A stretch of DNA of 62,120 nt, the filler included, from Choristocarpus tenellus KU-1152 (taxonomy: Eukaryota > Protista > Phaeophyceae), in the NCBI GenBank assembly GCA_964200185.2. It is 8 parts of 8 records of this genome, joined end to end, with 100 filler letters (N's around TTAATTAATTAA, not from the genome) between each part and the next. Parts side by side here need not be neighbours in the genome. Positions count along the whole stretch, not along the records: positions 1 to 2,750 come from CAXNAD020025064.1; positions 2,851 to 8,209 come from CAXNAD020011042.1; positions 8,310 to 22,386 come from CAXNAD020001282.1; 5 more parts are not named here. One strand, 5' to 3'. A program made the position numbers and the translations under genes. Position 1 is the first letter of the stretch. Each line of letters opens with the position of its first letter. The notes below the pieces were generated by a model, which was given only the letters and a program-made list of their open reading frames with translations, did not search any database and was not told where the DNA came from. Of the stretch, positions 1 to 12,332 are shown one piece after another.

Positions 1-66
1 AAAAATTTTGGCATGGAAAAATAGGCCCCAAATGGACAGCCCCCCCCCCCCCAGATACTTTGAGCC
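1..66 (+). mobile_element. MITE family B, right-end fragment (cut by window edge)
   Basis: CCAAATGGACAGC-polyC-AGATACTTTGAGCC matches the right end of the full copy at 5409-5589. Confidence 0.85.
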
Positions 67-408
67 ACCTGAACCTTTGTCTGCTGCTTTGATTGGTCAG
101 TTGCCAGTGATGTGTTTTGTCTCTGAAGTATTTGTTTTTGTGCTGGTAGTGGGACTGCTGTTGCATGCTTCGAAGTATTTCTATTTGATAAACTTTTCTA
201 TTGATAAGCTGTTGAAAGTTGAGAAAACTGAAACCCATTGCTATTCTCTTGATTGGCCAGTCATTGGCAATATGTTGAGATGGAAACATCTATCTTGCTG
301 AGCGGCCAAGGTTATATATAGTTCATCGGAGGATGAGATGATGCAATAATGATAGTGTCAGCAATGGCCTTTCGAAGGATGATTTTTCTTTCGCCTGAGC
401 GATAGTTT

Positions 409-441
409 CTTAGCTCCTTAGCTCCTTAGCTCCTTAGCTCC
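409..441 (+). repeat. 8-bp tandem repeat (CTTAGCTC)x4
   Basis: Read directly from the sequence. Confidence 0.9.
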
Positions 442-535
442 TTTCATCCTTCCCGATTTGAAAAAAACCCAAAATGTGATCACGAACGTTACGTAACCTC
501 GTCATCACAAACGCTCTAATGGAGCGGATGATCAT

Positions 536-569
536 GTTAGGGTTAGGGTTAGGGTTAGGGTTAGGGTTA
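536..569 (+). repeat. Interstitial telomeric repeat (TTAGGG)x5
   Basis: Perfect GTTAGG array with a degenerate tail. Confidence 0.9.
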
Positions 570-906
570 AGGATTAGGGCTAGTAGTAGGCAGAAAAATA
601 TGTTTGCGTACTACTGTATTTGATCTCCTGCTAGAAATACGACATTTTTCACTCCCACATGGACAGGGTCAGATCACGGGTCTCTTGAATGAGAGTGATG
701 TGTTAAAAATGGCCATATATTTCAATTTTTTTAATTAACAGTATTGCGATACTTGTACGTAATTCAAACCTCTGGTGTATCGGATTATTGTTTTCATATA
801 TTTATTTATCTCCCCTAGGTGTATAGGCAACCTTTGGATGACCTCTTAGTGCCAGAGGAATGTTTAAGCTCTTCATAGCGACATGAATATGATGCAAATG
901 TTGAAT

Positions 907-1164
907 GAGTGAAATTATCTTAGAGGGTACGAGTTTTGGCCCGTTTGTCCATTTGGGGCTTGTCTTCCCACGTTTTTTTTATGGCATTTTCCTACACCAA
1001 AATGTTTTGATGTAGGTAATACGTATACGTTATGAAAAGGTGTGTCCGGAACAAGGATGTTGACACTTCCTAACAAACATGATAGCCAAAATTACCTCAA
1101 AATTGCAACATTGGGTTTTGGCCCCCAAATGGATGTGGGCCTATCCTCTAAGATATTTTGGCTC
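907..1164 (+). mobile_element. MITE family A, full copy
   Basis: TIRs GAGTGAAATTATCTTAGAGGGTA...TATCCTCTAAGATATTTTGGCTC; flanks GAAT/AAAT; internal sequence shared with seven other copies or fragments. Confidence 0.9.
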
Positions 1165-2254
1165 AAATTTAGGAAACGATATCGGGAAGACCATTCTTCT
1201 GTGGAACCTAGTGGGAAATAGTCACATCTTTGATTACATCGTCAGGGCATTAGCTTAAGGATGACCCGATCAAGGGTGGTACTGTTCCCATTCCCTTTCA
1301 CAATCCAAAAAAAAGTCACTATCAAGCACACATTTTACAGTACAACACATCCCATAGTATGACACAGTCCTAGTAATGCCCTCCATAGAAATACAAGAAC
1401 TACATCTGTCCAAAGCAAAAAAAATCCCCAATCTCAGATCAATAGTTGCACAAGCATACTGATTTAACAAAAGGCTGGGTACCTTGGTTGAACCAGCTTG
1501 GACTTTTCTATGTTGTAGACAAATGGATCCAATTTCGTTTCAGTAGATTAGGGTGGATTGTTTTGCAGGGAAGGTATTCCTAGGTGTGTAAGGTATTCCT
1601 ACCTATGCAAGCGGTCAAAGGTTTCAGAAGCTACTGAATATCAAGTGATGGAGATAACATAAAATATGGGGTGGGCTTGCAGTGTTAATAGACTCCTCAG
1701 AGGCTCTATGTATTCTTAGGTCATGGAAGTCCCAATCCCAGTCTGTTCCCCCAATCCTCCTAGAACACCCTAACCCTCCCCTCCTTTATGCTTAATTGAT
1801 ATTCTTTTGTGCATATTTTGGTCAAGAAAGGGCGGTCAGATCTGATCTGTCTGATCAATCCCTAGCAATCACTGGGTGGATCAACAGATGATTCAGTATG
1901 GAGTAATTCAAAAGTGCTCAAGAATATGAACTTCCTCCCCCCTGCCTTAATATGAATATGAACTTCACCTTCACGGGAATCCCGACAAAGTCAAAACCTG
2001 CAGCATTGATTCCTAGTATCAACAGCACATTTAGACTACCATTCAGACTCGTTCAACCTGCAGCTATTGCACCCTTCCATGACATCAATCGGACCATATA
2101 CTACACACACTGGAAGTTGTTTTTCCAGACATGCCACACACACACACACACACACACACAACCTCTACTCAAAAAGACCCTCTGCATCCAGTAGCGCACA
2201 TTCCGAAAGAGTTTGAGAAAAGTCTGGTTAATGAGTGTGCCTTAGCGGTGCAAC

Positions 2255-2455
2255 ATGTCACTCAAGTGCTGGATAGTGTTAAGGCATCGAGAGGTGCACT
2301 ACCCGCTTGCTGAATGGATGGCACAAGACATGCCTCCATTGCCTGATGATAAATGCCAACACAGGGCAGGAACTGAAGTTGATCCCGATGACACTCCCAC
2401 GGAGTATTTCACTTTGTACCCCACAAACCACATACGCGCGAATACAAATTGTTAG
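2255..2455 (+). pseudogene. Possible piggyBac-like transposase N-terminal fragment
   Basis: DPDDTPTEYFTLYPTNHIRANTN resembles the TPxxYFxLF...IxxxTN motif of piggyBac transposases; short, with no catalytic core visible. Confidence 0.25.
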
Positions 2456-2645
2456 GAGTATCGACAAAAATAATAATTTTTGACTTTGATAGGGAAGTCA
2501 AAGGCGGGCAAGCCCTATTTCTGGAGGACTTCGAGCAAAAACCTTTTTTTTCTGCTCTAAGAAAAGAAAGAAAGAAGGATCTACCGCTGGTTCGCTTTGT
2601 GTGTGCACTTAGCCTTTCACGCAATTCAGAATCGGTCTCATGACT

Positions 2646-2688
<43 letters not shown>

Positions 2689-2750
2689 ACCCCCCCCCCC
2701 CGGCCCCCACCACGCAGAGGCGGGGGGAGCGTGCGGGGCACGGCGGCAGC

Positions 2751-2850
2751 NNNNNNNNNNNNNNNNNNNNNNNNNNNNNNNNNNNNNNNNNNNNTTAATT
2801 AATTAANNNNNNNNNNNNNNNNNNNNNNNNNNNNNNNNNNNNNNNNNNNN
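2751..2850. other. Artificial contig linker N44-TTAATTAATTAA-N44 (also at 8210-8309, 22387-22486, 37636-37735, 44223-44322, 49193-49292, 59121-59220)
   Basis: Identical 100-nt spacer carrying a six-frame stop 12-mer, present seven times. Confidence 0.98.
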
Positions 2851-2912
2851 CCCAAAAATCGCGACATGAAAAAATTGACCCCAAATGGACCCCCTCCCAG
2901 ATACTTTGAGCC
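2851..2912 (+). mobile_element. MITE family B, right-end fragment at contig start
   Basis: CCCAAAAATCGCGACATGAAAAAATTGACCCCAAATGGAC...AGATACTTTGAGCC. Confidence 0.85.
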
Positions 2913-3301
2913 ATATCAGTGGATAGACCCACCATGGATTTCCCTTTCTGGACCTAGATCCGTCCTTATCGAATCCGTGCCATAGCAAATTCTACCTATT
3001 ATCCTTGGACCCATCACCTTCAGATCACCCACCTTATTCAGACTGAGCTTGCGCTAGAAAACACAAGCTTTAGACCTTGGAGTGAAGTATATTTGCGAAT
3101 ATATATTGCCTGTGCTCCACACCTCCAACCTGACCCTGAACCCACCTCTTCTTCATAAACTACAATCCTCTATTATTTTATACAAAATATTGGCACCTAA
3201 AGTACGCATCTGATAGTCACAGTAACCTGCTAAGTATATCATCTACCAATGAACGTGTTTCGCTCAAGACAAATAATGTATCACCAACATTATAGCATTT
3301 T

Positions 3302-5397
3302 CTCCCTCTCTCCCATAAATCGGTAACATTAATAATTTTCACTTTTTCTTTGGCCGTTTCTTCACGAATGCGAAGACTTTCCTAGTGATGTATGACTCAA
3401 ATTGAAGCTCTGGTTATAATTGTTCGGATGGAACTTACGGTTTTGCAAGTTGTTCTGAAATAGTTCTGAATATGTTCCGAGAAGTGGAACCGCAGAAACG
3501 GTCCCTTTCGGTTCCATTTTTTGTGCGGGCGCACCACCCAGCGGCGAGTACAACTCCCCCTCATCATCACAAAACATCTCAGCACCTTGCCAAGAGCCGT
3601 ACGACTCTCGCATAGCCTCCGGACCATCTGTCACGTGAGCCCCATAGCCAACATGGCCACTCTAGCAAGTCCGCTGCCGTTCGTTGGGAGTCCATCGACC
3701 CAGTGAAAAAAATGCGAGGTGTGCGAGGAAGGTCGAGATGCGCTGGCCGTACGCTACTCTTTAGTGCTACTTCCAGATAAGAAACGACTTCCGAAAGGCG
3801 TTGGACGAGAGTTGGCAGTTGGCAAAGCAGTTTGGAGTTGGCAAACAATATCCGAAACTGTGGGTGCATGTACAAGGACAATTGGACAATGGCAACACGC
3901 TTTCGCTGAAATCAGAGCCACAAAGCAGGCTACCATCGGACTTCACACTAACAAAGATTGCAAAGATTTGAAAGGTTGCCGCCGCAAAAATCGAACCCGG
4001 ACCCTCGATCAGCTGTCTGTTAAGCTAGCCGAAGCGACCCAAAGCTTTCCAATGGGTAGGAGTTTACCGCTGTGTGTCCGTTTGGGGCTTGGCATCCCAC
4101 AGGTTTTTTATGCCCACTTTTCGGTTTTTGTGTACACAGTTACCTACTTTCGGAGTAGATAAAATGCACATGACTATGAAAGGTGTGTCCGGAGCAAGGA
4201 TATTGATATTTGCTAACAAACACAATAGCCAAAATTACATCAAAATTGCAACATTGGATTGTGACCCCGAACGGACATGGCCCTGACCTCTGAAATGCTT
4301 TGGATCAAGTCGGTCTCGTAGCTGGCAGCTCAAAGCTTCAGTGATAGCTCAAAGTGATGGGCACAATGAAGGTGAAACAGCACATTACACCGAGCCTATC
4401 TCGGAAGCATCAAAAGAACAGGGTAGATTTCATCCTTGACTAAGCCGGTCAAGCAACTTCATCAATTACAGAAGCGGGCTCAACATGGTTCTATTCGACG
4501 AAGAATGTTTCTACCTCATCTGCAACAGGGAGCGCGCCTACATGTTCCCTGGGGAGGAAAGGGTGGGCTCCACTAAGGTATACCACGGGAGTCACATTCT
4601 TAAGGTGATGCCCACCTGTGCTGCTTCGCACCCAGGTCATTCTCACAGTAAGATCGGAATCTGGTGTGTTTGCATCATCAAGCAGGTGCAGAGGAAGTTG
4701 ACCTATCACGAGAGGGAGCAGCAGTATGACTTCAATGTGACCATCGAAGCTGAGTGGTACCAGGGGTGTTACATGGAGGCCTTTTCCCCCACATTGAAGA
4801 AAAAAAAAGCCTCAGTTGGACGTTGAGGAGGCAGTCGCGCAGTAGGACAGAGCAACCCCCCATATGGGAACAGACATGCCGCGGAAGCTCAACGAAGCTG
4901 GGAGGGAGAGGGGATGGAACATCAAGTTCATAACAAAGCCTGCGCAGTCACCTGATCTCAATATCAATGATTTGGGGTTCTTTGTACCCCTACCAAGTAG
5001 AGTTTAGAGGGAGCATTATGGTGCAACAGACAACCTTGTGAAGGGGGTAAAGAGCATGTAAGGTGCAACGTAGCTACTTTAGAGAAAGTGTGGCAGAGTC
5101 TCACTAAGCAGTACAGTAAAGTTTTGAAGGTGTAGGGGGTAACGATTTTGAGGCACAACACACACTGGAACAAAGAAAAGGCAGCATGAGGGAAGTCTGC
5201 CAAAATCGATCAGAATCGACAGAGGGGCTTTTGATGCAGCAGTGGGTTGATGGATTGATGGGCATGAGGAAGTGAGGAAGAATATTTTTCTCACAAAAAA
5301 CATCAAGGAATTGAATGAAAAAAAAAAAACATCAGACGTCATCTCAAGAAGTTACACCCTTAACGTTGCAGACTTCTGGGAAAGAGCCCTCAGGGAG
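3302..5397 (+). mobile_element. Decayed Tc1/mariner DNA transposon, plant-mariner (DD39D-like) type
   Basis: Frameshifted transposase at ~3710-5265 with VLFDEECFYL, KVM...KIGIW, Q*DRATPH and GWNIKFITKPAQSPDLNINDLGFF, plus GGNDF. The right end AGGGAG|TA (5392-5399) is a Stowaway-type terminus, and its reverse complement CTCTTTCCCAGAAGTCTGCAACGTTAA matches CTCTCTCCCATAAATCGGTAACATTAA at ~3306-3332. Confidence 0.85.
4036..4306 (+). mobile_element. MITE family A, nested in the mariner transposase
   Basis: GACCCAAAGCTTT...AAATGCTTTGGATC; flanks AAGC/AAGT; interrupts the transposase frame. Confidence 0.9.
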
Positions 5398-5408
5398 TAT
5401 GTGTGTTT

Positions 5409-5589
5409 GACCCAAAGTATCTGGGGGGGGGTGGGGGTCTACACCAGAGTGTCCATTTGATCCTTAAGAAGGAAAAGTGCACTTACATTATCCATCCATT
5501 TTATGAAACCAAATCACCCAAAAATCACGGCATGAAAAAATTGGCCACAAATGGACAGCCGCCACCCCCACCCCCCAGATACTTGAGCC
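5409..5589 (+). mobile_element. MITE family B, full copy (~180 bp)
   Basis: GACCCAAAGTATCT-polyG...polyC-AGATACTTGAGCC; subterminal GTGTCCATTTG/CAAATGGACA; flanks (G)TTT/TTT(T). Confidence 0.9.
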
Positions 5590-5756
5590 TTTTGCACTGT
5601 GCACATGAAGGTCTATGTGTTCTATAGCAGAGAAGTACACTTTTTACGTATCTGCAAGCAACACCTCCACTCACCTCCCTCGGTGGTTGTCCATCAGTCA
5701 TCCCTTCTTCTCCTCCCAGTTGTGTCCTGTATCTTCATCTGTTCTGGCACACCCTA

Positions 5757-6012
5757 GACCCAAAGCACTTAAGAGGGTAGGAGTATTGCCCTGTTTGTCC
5801 GTTTGGGGCTTGGCTTCCCACAGGATTTTATGAAGTTATCTACTCCGAAATGTTTCAGAGTAGATGAAACATATAGGACTATGAAAGGTGAGTCCAGAAC
5901 AAGGATATTGACACTTTTTGACAAACACAACAGCCAAAATTACATCAAAATTGCAACATCGGAATTTGGATCCCAAACGGACACGGCCCTACCCTCTAAG
6001 ATGCTTTGACTC
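5757..6012 (+). mobile_element. MITE family A, full copy
   Basis: GACCCAAAGCACTTAAGAGGGTA...TACCCTCTAAGATGCTTTGACTC; flanks CCTA/CGTA. Confidence 0.9.
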
Positions 6013-6639
6013 CGTAGTCAAGAGGAGGAATGGTTCTTTTTTAGCTATATAGTTTGAAGCACATAATGGATATGTCACCCTTATGTTTAATGACTACCTT
6101 GCAAGAATTCTCTCCTCAATGGTACGTTGACACCATGTGCCTCACCATAACACCTTTCTGGAATCAAATCTTAGTCTTCCTTTATTGGCCAGGCCTAAGC
6201 CCCTCGCTCCCTAGACCCTGGACTGTAAAATGTTCAACTATTAGTTTACAGAACCTTGTCCTATCCCTGACTCTCTGTCCCCTCTCAGTGCCTCTGTACT
6301 CTTCTTTTGCACATTGCATATAATGTTTCATCCCTTGCAGGTTATTGGCAAATATATTTGAGCGGAACAAAGCCATTCACATAACCTTAGGCATACTATC
6401 TCATCACTACTCAGTAGTTCTAATTTGTTGACACAGACAGTCCATGACTGGCTCCTAACAGAAACGAACTTGTGCGTCACCCTCTACCTGGCTTATCATG
6501 AAGTCATTGAGCTGTCTCTTGTGTCCATATTCAGTTTCCAACTCTTAATTTCTCCATTGATACTGCTATCTCTTCCCTGCCTGCTGGTTGAGCATGCTAG
6601 GTTATTCGCAACATGTCCCTATGTACCGCCAACATCCAG

Positions 6640-7584
6640 GAAGGTCTAGAGGACCCGACAAAGGAATACAAGGAACGGATGTGGTGGGAACCAGTGGTGG
6701 AACCTCTCCTTGACCTGGCTACAGAGACAGATAATCATGATCTGTTAGTTGAGGTGATTGACTAGACAGAAAGAAGAGAAAGAAGTAAATGTTGTATGGG
6801 TGTTAAAAATACGCAATGGAGAGTGATGAAAACGGTGGGATAGGAGTTACTTGAGCAGTTTCCTCCCGCTATTAGCCATTGGCTGCATGCCTAGTTAATA
6901 GGGATTTACATGGGCTGGCATAAGTTACAAGGAGAAGTGGAATTGAAGGGGTGCAACTCGTTGCTTACATTACGTAATGTTTTGTTTTTTTACTAACCAA
7001 ATATTTAAACGTGGGATTTACATCAGTCCAGTATCACCTGAATGACGTAAATAAAGTATACTTCAAGAGGTAATTTTTTTCAAGGTTGTGGATGAGTTTG
7101 GGAGGGGTTTGGGGTGACTCAAGCACCACATCGAGATCATGAACCAAGTTGAGATTTGATTGTTGTGCTTTGTCTGTTTTTGCTAAATTACAAATGAAAA
7201 AACCACCCCCTCATCTTTTCTTGTACTAACTCATCAGGGATAAACATAGGTGCTGATTGCGGTAATACCCACCAAAATTGCCCCTGCCTCTTTCCCTACT
7301 TCCTCATCCCTCAATTCAAGGGATGCACATTATCTGCCCAGTCATAATATAGCTGCATTGCCATGCCCACTACTGACAAAGTCAGGGTCCTACGTTTGCT
7401 TTATCCCTATCTGCACACTTCTTTCTTCCTTTCCCTTCAGGTATTGGGCACGCTCAGCAACCTCACAGGGCTCGACCTCCCCAGGGGGGTCAGCTGGGTT
7501 GATGTGTTGTCCAATTACGCACTAGCTCCCTTCCTTACAAAGATGCTGGTACCAGGGATGTCGCAGAATGACATAATCCTTGAG
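6640..7584 (+). CDS. KIFAP3: Kinesin-associated protein 3 (kinesin-2 non-motor subunit, intraflagellar transport); two internal exons of a partial gene
   Basis: Exons 6640-6753 and 7441-7584 (AG/GT bounded, phase 0) give ...NHDLLVE|VLGTLSNLTGLDLPRGVSWVDVLSNYALAPFLTKMLVPGMSQNDIILE, matching the KAP armadillo segment ExLGTLxNLT..LD..W..VL..Y.L.P.L...L.PG...DD..LE. Confidence 0.88.
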
Positions 7585-8187
7585 GTAAGGGTAAAAGAAT
7601 GGTGATTTTAGACCATCAATATGGATGCGGTGGACATGGTGGAAAGGATGGGAGCAGAGGAATAAGGGGAGCTGAGGGTTGGGTTGGGTTGGGTTGGGTG
7701 GGAAACAGACATTTTAGGTATGGAATGGATGAAATTATCAGCTGATATAAGAGAAACAGGAAGCATAGGCAGGAATTGATAGATAAAGTGAGAGAGGACA
7801 AGCATTGTGCAAGTTGCAGAGCACATAGAGAGAGGGGGGCTGTTGAGATCTGATAAACAAGGTGGGAGGGGGAGGATGGAGAAAGTAGGTCAAGGGTGAA
7901 GAAAAAGGAAGGAGGGAGCTGAAACGAGTGTGTTGATGGGAGGGTAATAGGGTTCAGAATAAAAGGACCATGTACTCTAGCATATAAAGAGCTATCTGAG
8001 AAATATCATCTAAGAAGGGACAGAGTCTTGAGAAGGATCGAAATTTGTCTCTTTCTTTGCCTTCTGCAGTACTTACCCGTTACAGAGTAGTGTACACAGT
8101 GCAATGTTCTGCCTATCCGAAGACCATTCTTGCCAGAGGAATGATGCTTCAGTGAACGTACTGCGTGCTACTCCCACAACATTAATG

Positions 8188-8209
8188 GACCCAAAGTATC
8201 TGGGGGGGG
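8188..8209 (+). mobile_element. MITE family B terminal fragment; contig breaks in its poly-G
   Basis: GACCCAAAGTATCTGGGGGGGG followed by the gap. Confidence 0.8.
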
Positions 8210-8309
8210 NNNNNNNNNNNNNNNNNNNNNNNNNNNNNNNNNNNNNNNNNNNNTTAATTAATTAANNNNNNNNNNNNNNNNNNNNNNNNNNNNNNNNNNN
8301 NNNNNNNNN

Positions 8310-8386
8310 AAATCCCCTTTTCCTGCTTTTGATCCAAAGGGGCACCCTGGTTTAAACCCCCCCCCCCCTCCCAGATACTTTGGGTC
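8310..8386 (-). mobile_element. MITE family B terminal fragment at contig start
   Basis: polyC-AGATACTTTGGGTC; the preceding sequence resembles the reverse complement of 5409-5480. Confidence 0.8.
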
Positions 8387-11117
8387 TCCAAATAATATAT
8401 AGTGAAGACAGTTCCATTATGGAGGGAAGGCCCTCAGTCTTTCAGTGTGTCCAAAAGACGCTACCAAGACAACCACACCCATCTTTGATCGCTCCCCCAC
8501 CTAATTTGATCATGGATTGCACTTCCTAGTTGACACTGGCCCCATCGATGAAGGCCATTGTTTATCAACTACAAGTATCCATTCCCAGACAAAGTTGTCC
8601 ATAGAGAGGTCTCGGTCTAAGTGGATGTGCCATAGTGAAGGGTAACCACAATTATAATTGGGACAACAATTTTCATGTTGTATACACGTTCAGATTGTGC
8701 ACTACACACACACCAACTGCTAGCATACAGTGTGTTAGAGAATGAAAGTACCATTGGATATTATCATCTTATTTCACACTACTATTTTGTACCTTGTAGA
8801 TACCCCAAGTAGTCTCTGCTGCATACGAAATTATACTCTTACGCTTGTTTTGTCCCAAGATTGTGGTGAACACACATGTAGATGCTCTTTGCTCAGGGTT
8901 CTAAGGTACTTCAGAGTACTCAATGGGCCAAGATGTCTGTTGTCTCTCATCCCTCCTTGCTCCCTCAACCTACCCTCAACCTTGACTTTATACCTCAGGT
9001 TTCAGTGTCCTGCAGGTGCAGGGCCCATGTCCATTTCGCATTGAGGTTACCAACTCCCTTGTTGCACATGAATCACCAACTGTGTCATCAGTGCTGGAGG
9101 CAAAGAGTCAGCCTCCATCAGTGAAGAATTTGGGGTCTGTAAAAAGGATATCAGGGGCAATGACAGGTGGTGCAAAGCAACGAGCACCAATCAATACTAC
9201 CCCTGCATCAGGGGTAAGTCGTATATCCACTGCTTTGCTTGGTGTGCTCATGAAATGGGTTGTGGCTTTGATCGCTTGACTACATTTAACACTACCTTTT
9301 TAGGGTTCAAATTTGAGTAACATGAAGTTCCAAGAACCTATCTTGACATGATGATTCCATTTTGAGTACCATGTGCCTCAGTACCTTTAGATTGATTGCA
9401 TAGAACTTAGATGATGAGAAATGATTCGTCACAGTCACCTGAAACAACCTAATACTATGTGTGCTTCAAAGTGTGAAGAATGAGAGCCTACACATTTCTT
9501 GGAGTCTGACTCTCAACTCAGTTCATTGAGGAGACCATATTTGATATCTGTGAATCTTAATCCCATGTGTTTGGATTGCAGAGTTTGATTCGTGCTGCAC
9601 CCAAGTAAACCCTTCTACCGAATAAAACCTTCCTGTCATAGCCCTCAAGCTGGCTCAACTTGTGGCATTTCAAGCAATAAGTGGTCACAGGCAATCTCTA
9701 TCCTCAACTGACAAAGGCAGCCTGTTTCAGTCACCATGGCAGACCTGGGGCGATGTGGACTGCCACTATGGAGTTTGTTGCATGTCAGGCCGACCTTACA
9801 CAGCAGATTCTGGAGCTTGTAATGGAGTTAAATGTTGTATTGTGGGAGGTGCCAGTATGTGTATGGAATCCTCTCCAACCTTGGTTAGAACAGGAACAAA
9901 TGATTGCCTGTGCCTTGGCATGGAGGTGGGATTGCAAGATGGACTCATGTCCCATTTTGAGAATGGAGGGGGGTCACTGGAAGAGCTAGGGAAGTTCAAA
10001 CCCGACCTTGGAGGTGCCACAGAAACAGGTCACCTGTTAGAAGAAAAGCAAGGCTTCCATTCACCATCAGGACTAACCCTCGGAAAGTCAGACTGGTCAC
10101 TCCAGAGCTGTGATGACCTTGAGGATGGAATGGTGAGATGCTCTTAGTCACACTCCCTCTTCCCGTGTTGACATGTGTACCATTTCCGAATTGCTGCGCC
10201 TTTTGAAAAGACAAGAGCAGACAATAAGATATCTTCCTGTACTCCAACATGATGTGAGCATTTGTGCTAATCCAATTGTTTTCTTGTTTTCTCTACTACT
10301 TAATGAGCAGTACTCAGATGGGCCGCTCTCCACACTTGGTGACTCAACAACACTGAACACAACACTAGGGCAGGTATCAACTATACACTACCCTCCATAA
10401 ACTAGTGAACAATACTTGTGGGCTTTCATATTTCCACCCTTTGGCAGAGCATAGGACATGTCCAAAATGAAGTGATAGGATCCTACCCAAAGATGCCCAA
10501 TAATGGATGAAATCAAATGTCTGCTGGTAACAGTCCCCACAGAAACCCATCAAGAATAACTTGGTTATGGAAGCTAACAAGCCCAACTTGTGATCATCCA
10601 CATTTTAATCTCTCTTGAGGCTTTGGCCCCAGAATTTCAATAATAAAGAGTGCAGTCTAACAATATAACTTACCAGAAGATGTACTCTACTTGTCCTGTA
10701 TATCACATAATACCAAGTAACATCATAATCATGGTGGGTAGGTATGCTGAATAATGTGGGGGTTAGTAAAGAGTGTCATTTCATACCCCAAGGGAGTAAT
10801 TATTTTGTGGCATACACAAGAGGATAGGTACTTGCATATTGTAGAGGCAGAGCAGCATGCACAAAAGAATAATCTCTCAAATAAATAAATAAATATAGAT
10901 GAAACAACCAATGCACCTACAGTACAACACAAGCTCCTTACTGAACACCTGTGGTATTCTGAGACTTCTTTCAAAGGGAGATATGTATGGGAAAAGTTCA
11001 TTCAAATCATCCAAGTCACAAAGGTTCAAGAAAACTGATCCAATTTTTTACCACATACAGAACTCACTCTCTGTATACTGATAAGTTGGAAAATCCATTT
11101 GCAATACTTGACACTTG

Positions 11118-11375
11118 GAGTTAAAATATCTTAGAGGGTACGAGTTTTGCCTGTTCGTTTGGGCCTTAGTCTCCCTTTATGCATTGAGTCATTTATGAAA
11201 TTTTCCTACTCCAAAATGTTTTGGAATTTATTTAATGTATACATTATGAAAAAGTGTCCGGAACAAGGATATTGACACTTACTAACAAACATGATAGCCA
11301 AAATTACATCAAAGTGCAACATTGGATTTTGGCCCCCAAACGGATGCAGCTCGACTCTCTCAGATACTTTGACTT
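11118..11375 (+). mobile_element. MITE family A, full copy
   Basis: GAGTTAAAATATCTTAGAGGGTA...AGATACTTTGACTT; flanks TTG/TTG. Confidence 0.9.
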
Positions 11376-12332
11376 TTGTCAACTTAGAGTACTCACTATA
11401 CTCCTAAATTAGCTCCACAATATACACATTCATAGTTGGGATACTGTACCTCTCTATACCATCAAAAATGAGGACCCACTTAACCAGAATCTTTACAGCC
11501 TTTTAAGAACAGTCTCTCCATATTTCCACCACCAAAGAGTGAAGTACTAACTACAACTGTTGAACAACACTGCACCGCTTTATTCACTGACGCTAAAACA
11601 GGATTTTCTCAGTCTATTTGCACCTTCACCAGTTCGAGACAGGAGTATACTTGTACAAGAGAGAATCAACTGAAGCAAATTAATGTGGTGACCAGTTTTT
11701 TTTCCCATGTTTGAATTTGATGGATTTGGATAGATGACATGTGGCAAGGATACATATTAAGACACACCATCATCAGAAGACATTTGTTTAAAAATCAAGA
11801 AATAATGGGAAGATACAGTAACCTACCTTATTGTGCAACCTAGTTTGCCTCAAGACTCTAAAGGATACTGATAGTGGTTGGCATCAGCCACTCGCAAACC
11901 CACTTCGTTAAAACAATAGGGGCAAGCAGGTACAAAAAAGGTATAGTCCTCCTGTTCAGTTCATATTGCACACCCTTCTTGTACATGCCTTGCAAGGCAC
12001 AGGTGTTATTTTTTCTAAGAGGCAACAAAGGGCATCATAGACACAGCAAACTCAATGAACATGAGTAAGAACATAATCTCATCAATAATTAGAACAGGCA
12101 ATTCGTATCCATGATCAAATAGGGTGATAGTGTATGGGCAATATGAAACACATAAAACAGATAAAACATGGCCAGTATTGCTCTATTGCTCCAGATCCCT
12201 CCAACTTGCAACTGTGTGCATGTCACTTGCATCAGCAACAATCTTCTACATGCCTAGGTGTTTCAATTTGACTCAAGGTCATGACACACATGCAAACATG
12301 TGCTTTTAGAGTAATCAGTCATTTACTCAAAA

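Noticed and set aside
2409-2806. Poly-Gly / poly-Pro ORFs (also 22439-22621)
   Set aside because: Homopolymer C/G runs at contig ends, likely low-quality sequence.
2751-2850. Recurrent TTAATTAATTAA palindrome between N runs
   Set aside because: Artificial contig-joining linker; also rules out any cross-contig gene cluster interpretation.
8400-10700. Coding-like composition with several overlapping ORFs
   Set aside because: No recognisable motif or consistent exon chain; possibly a decayed gene or TE.
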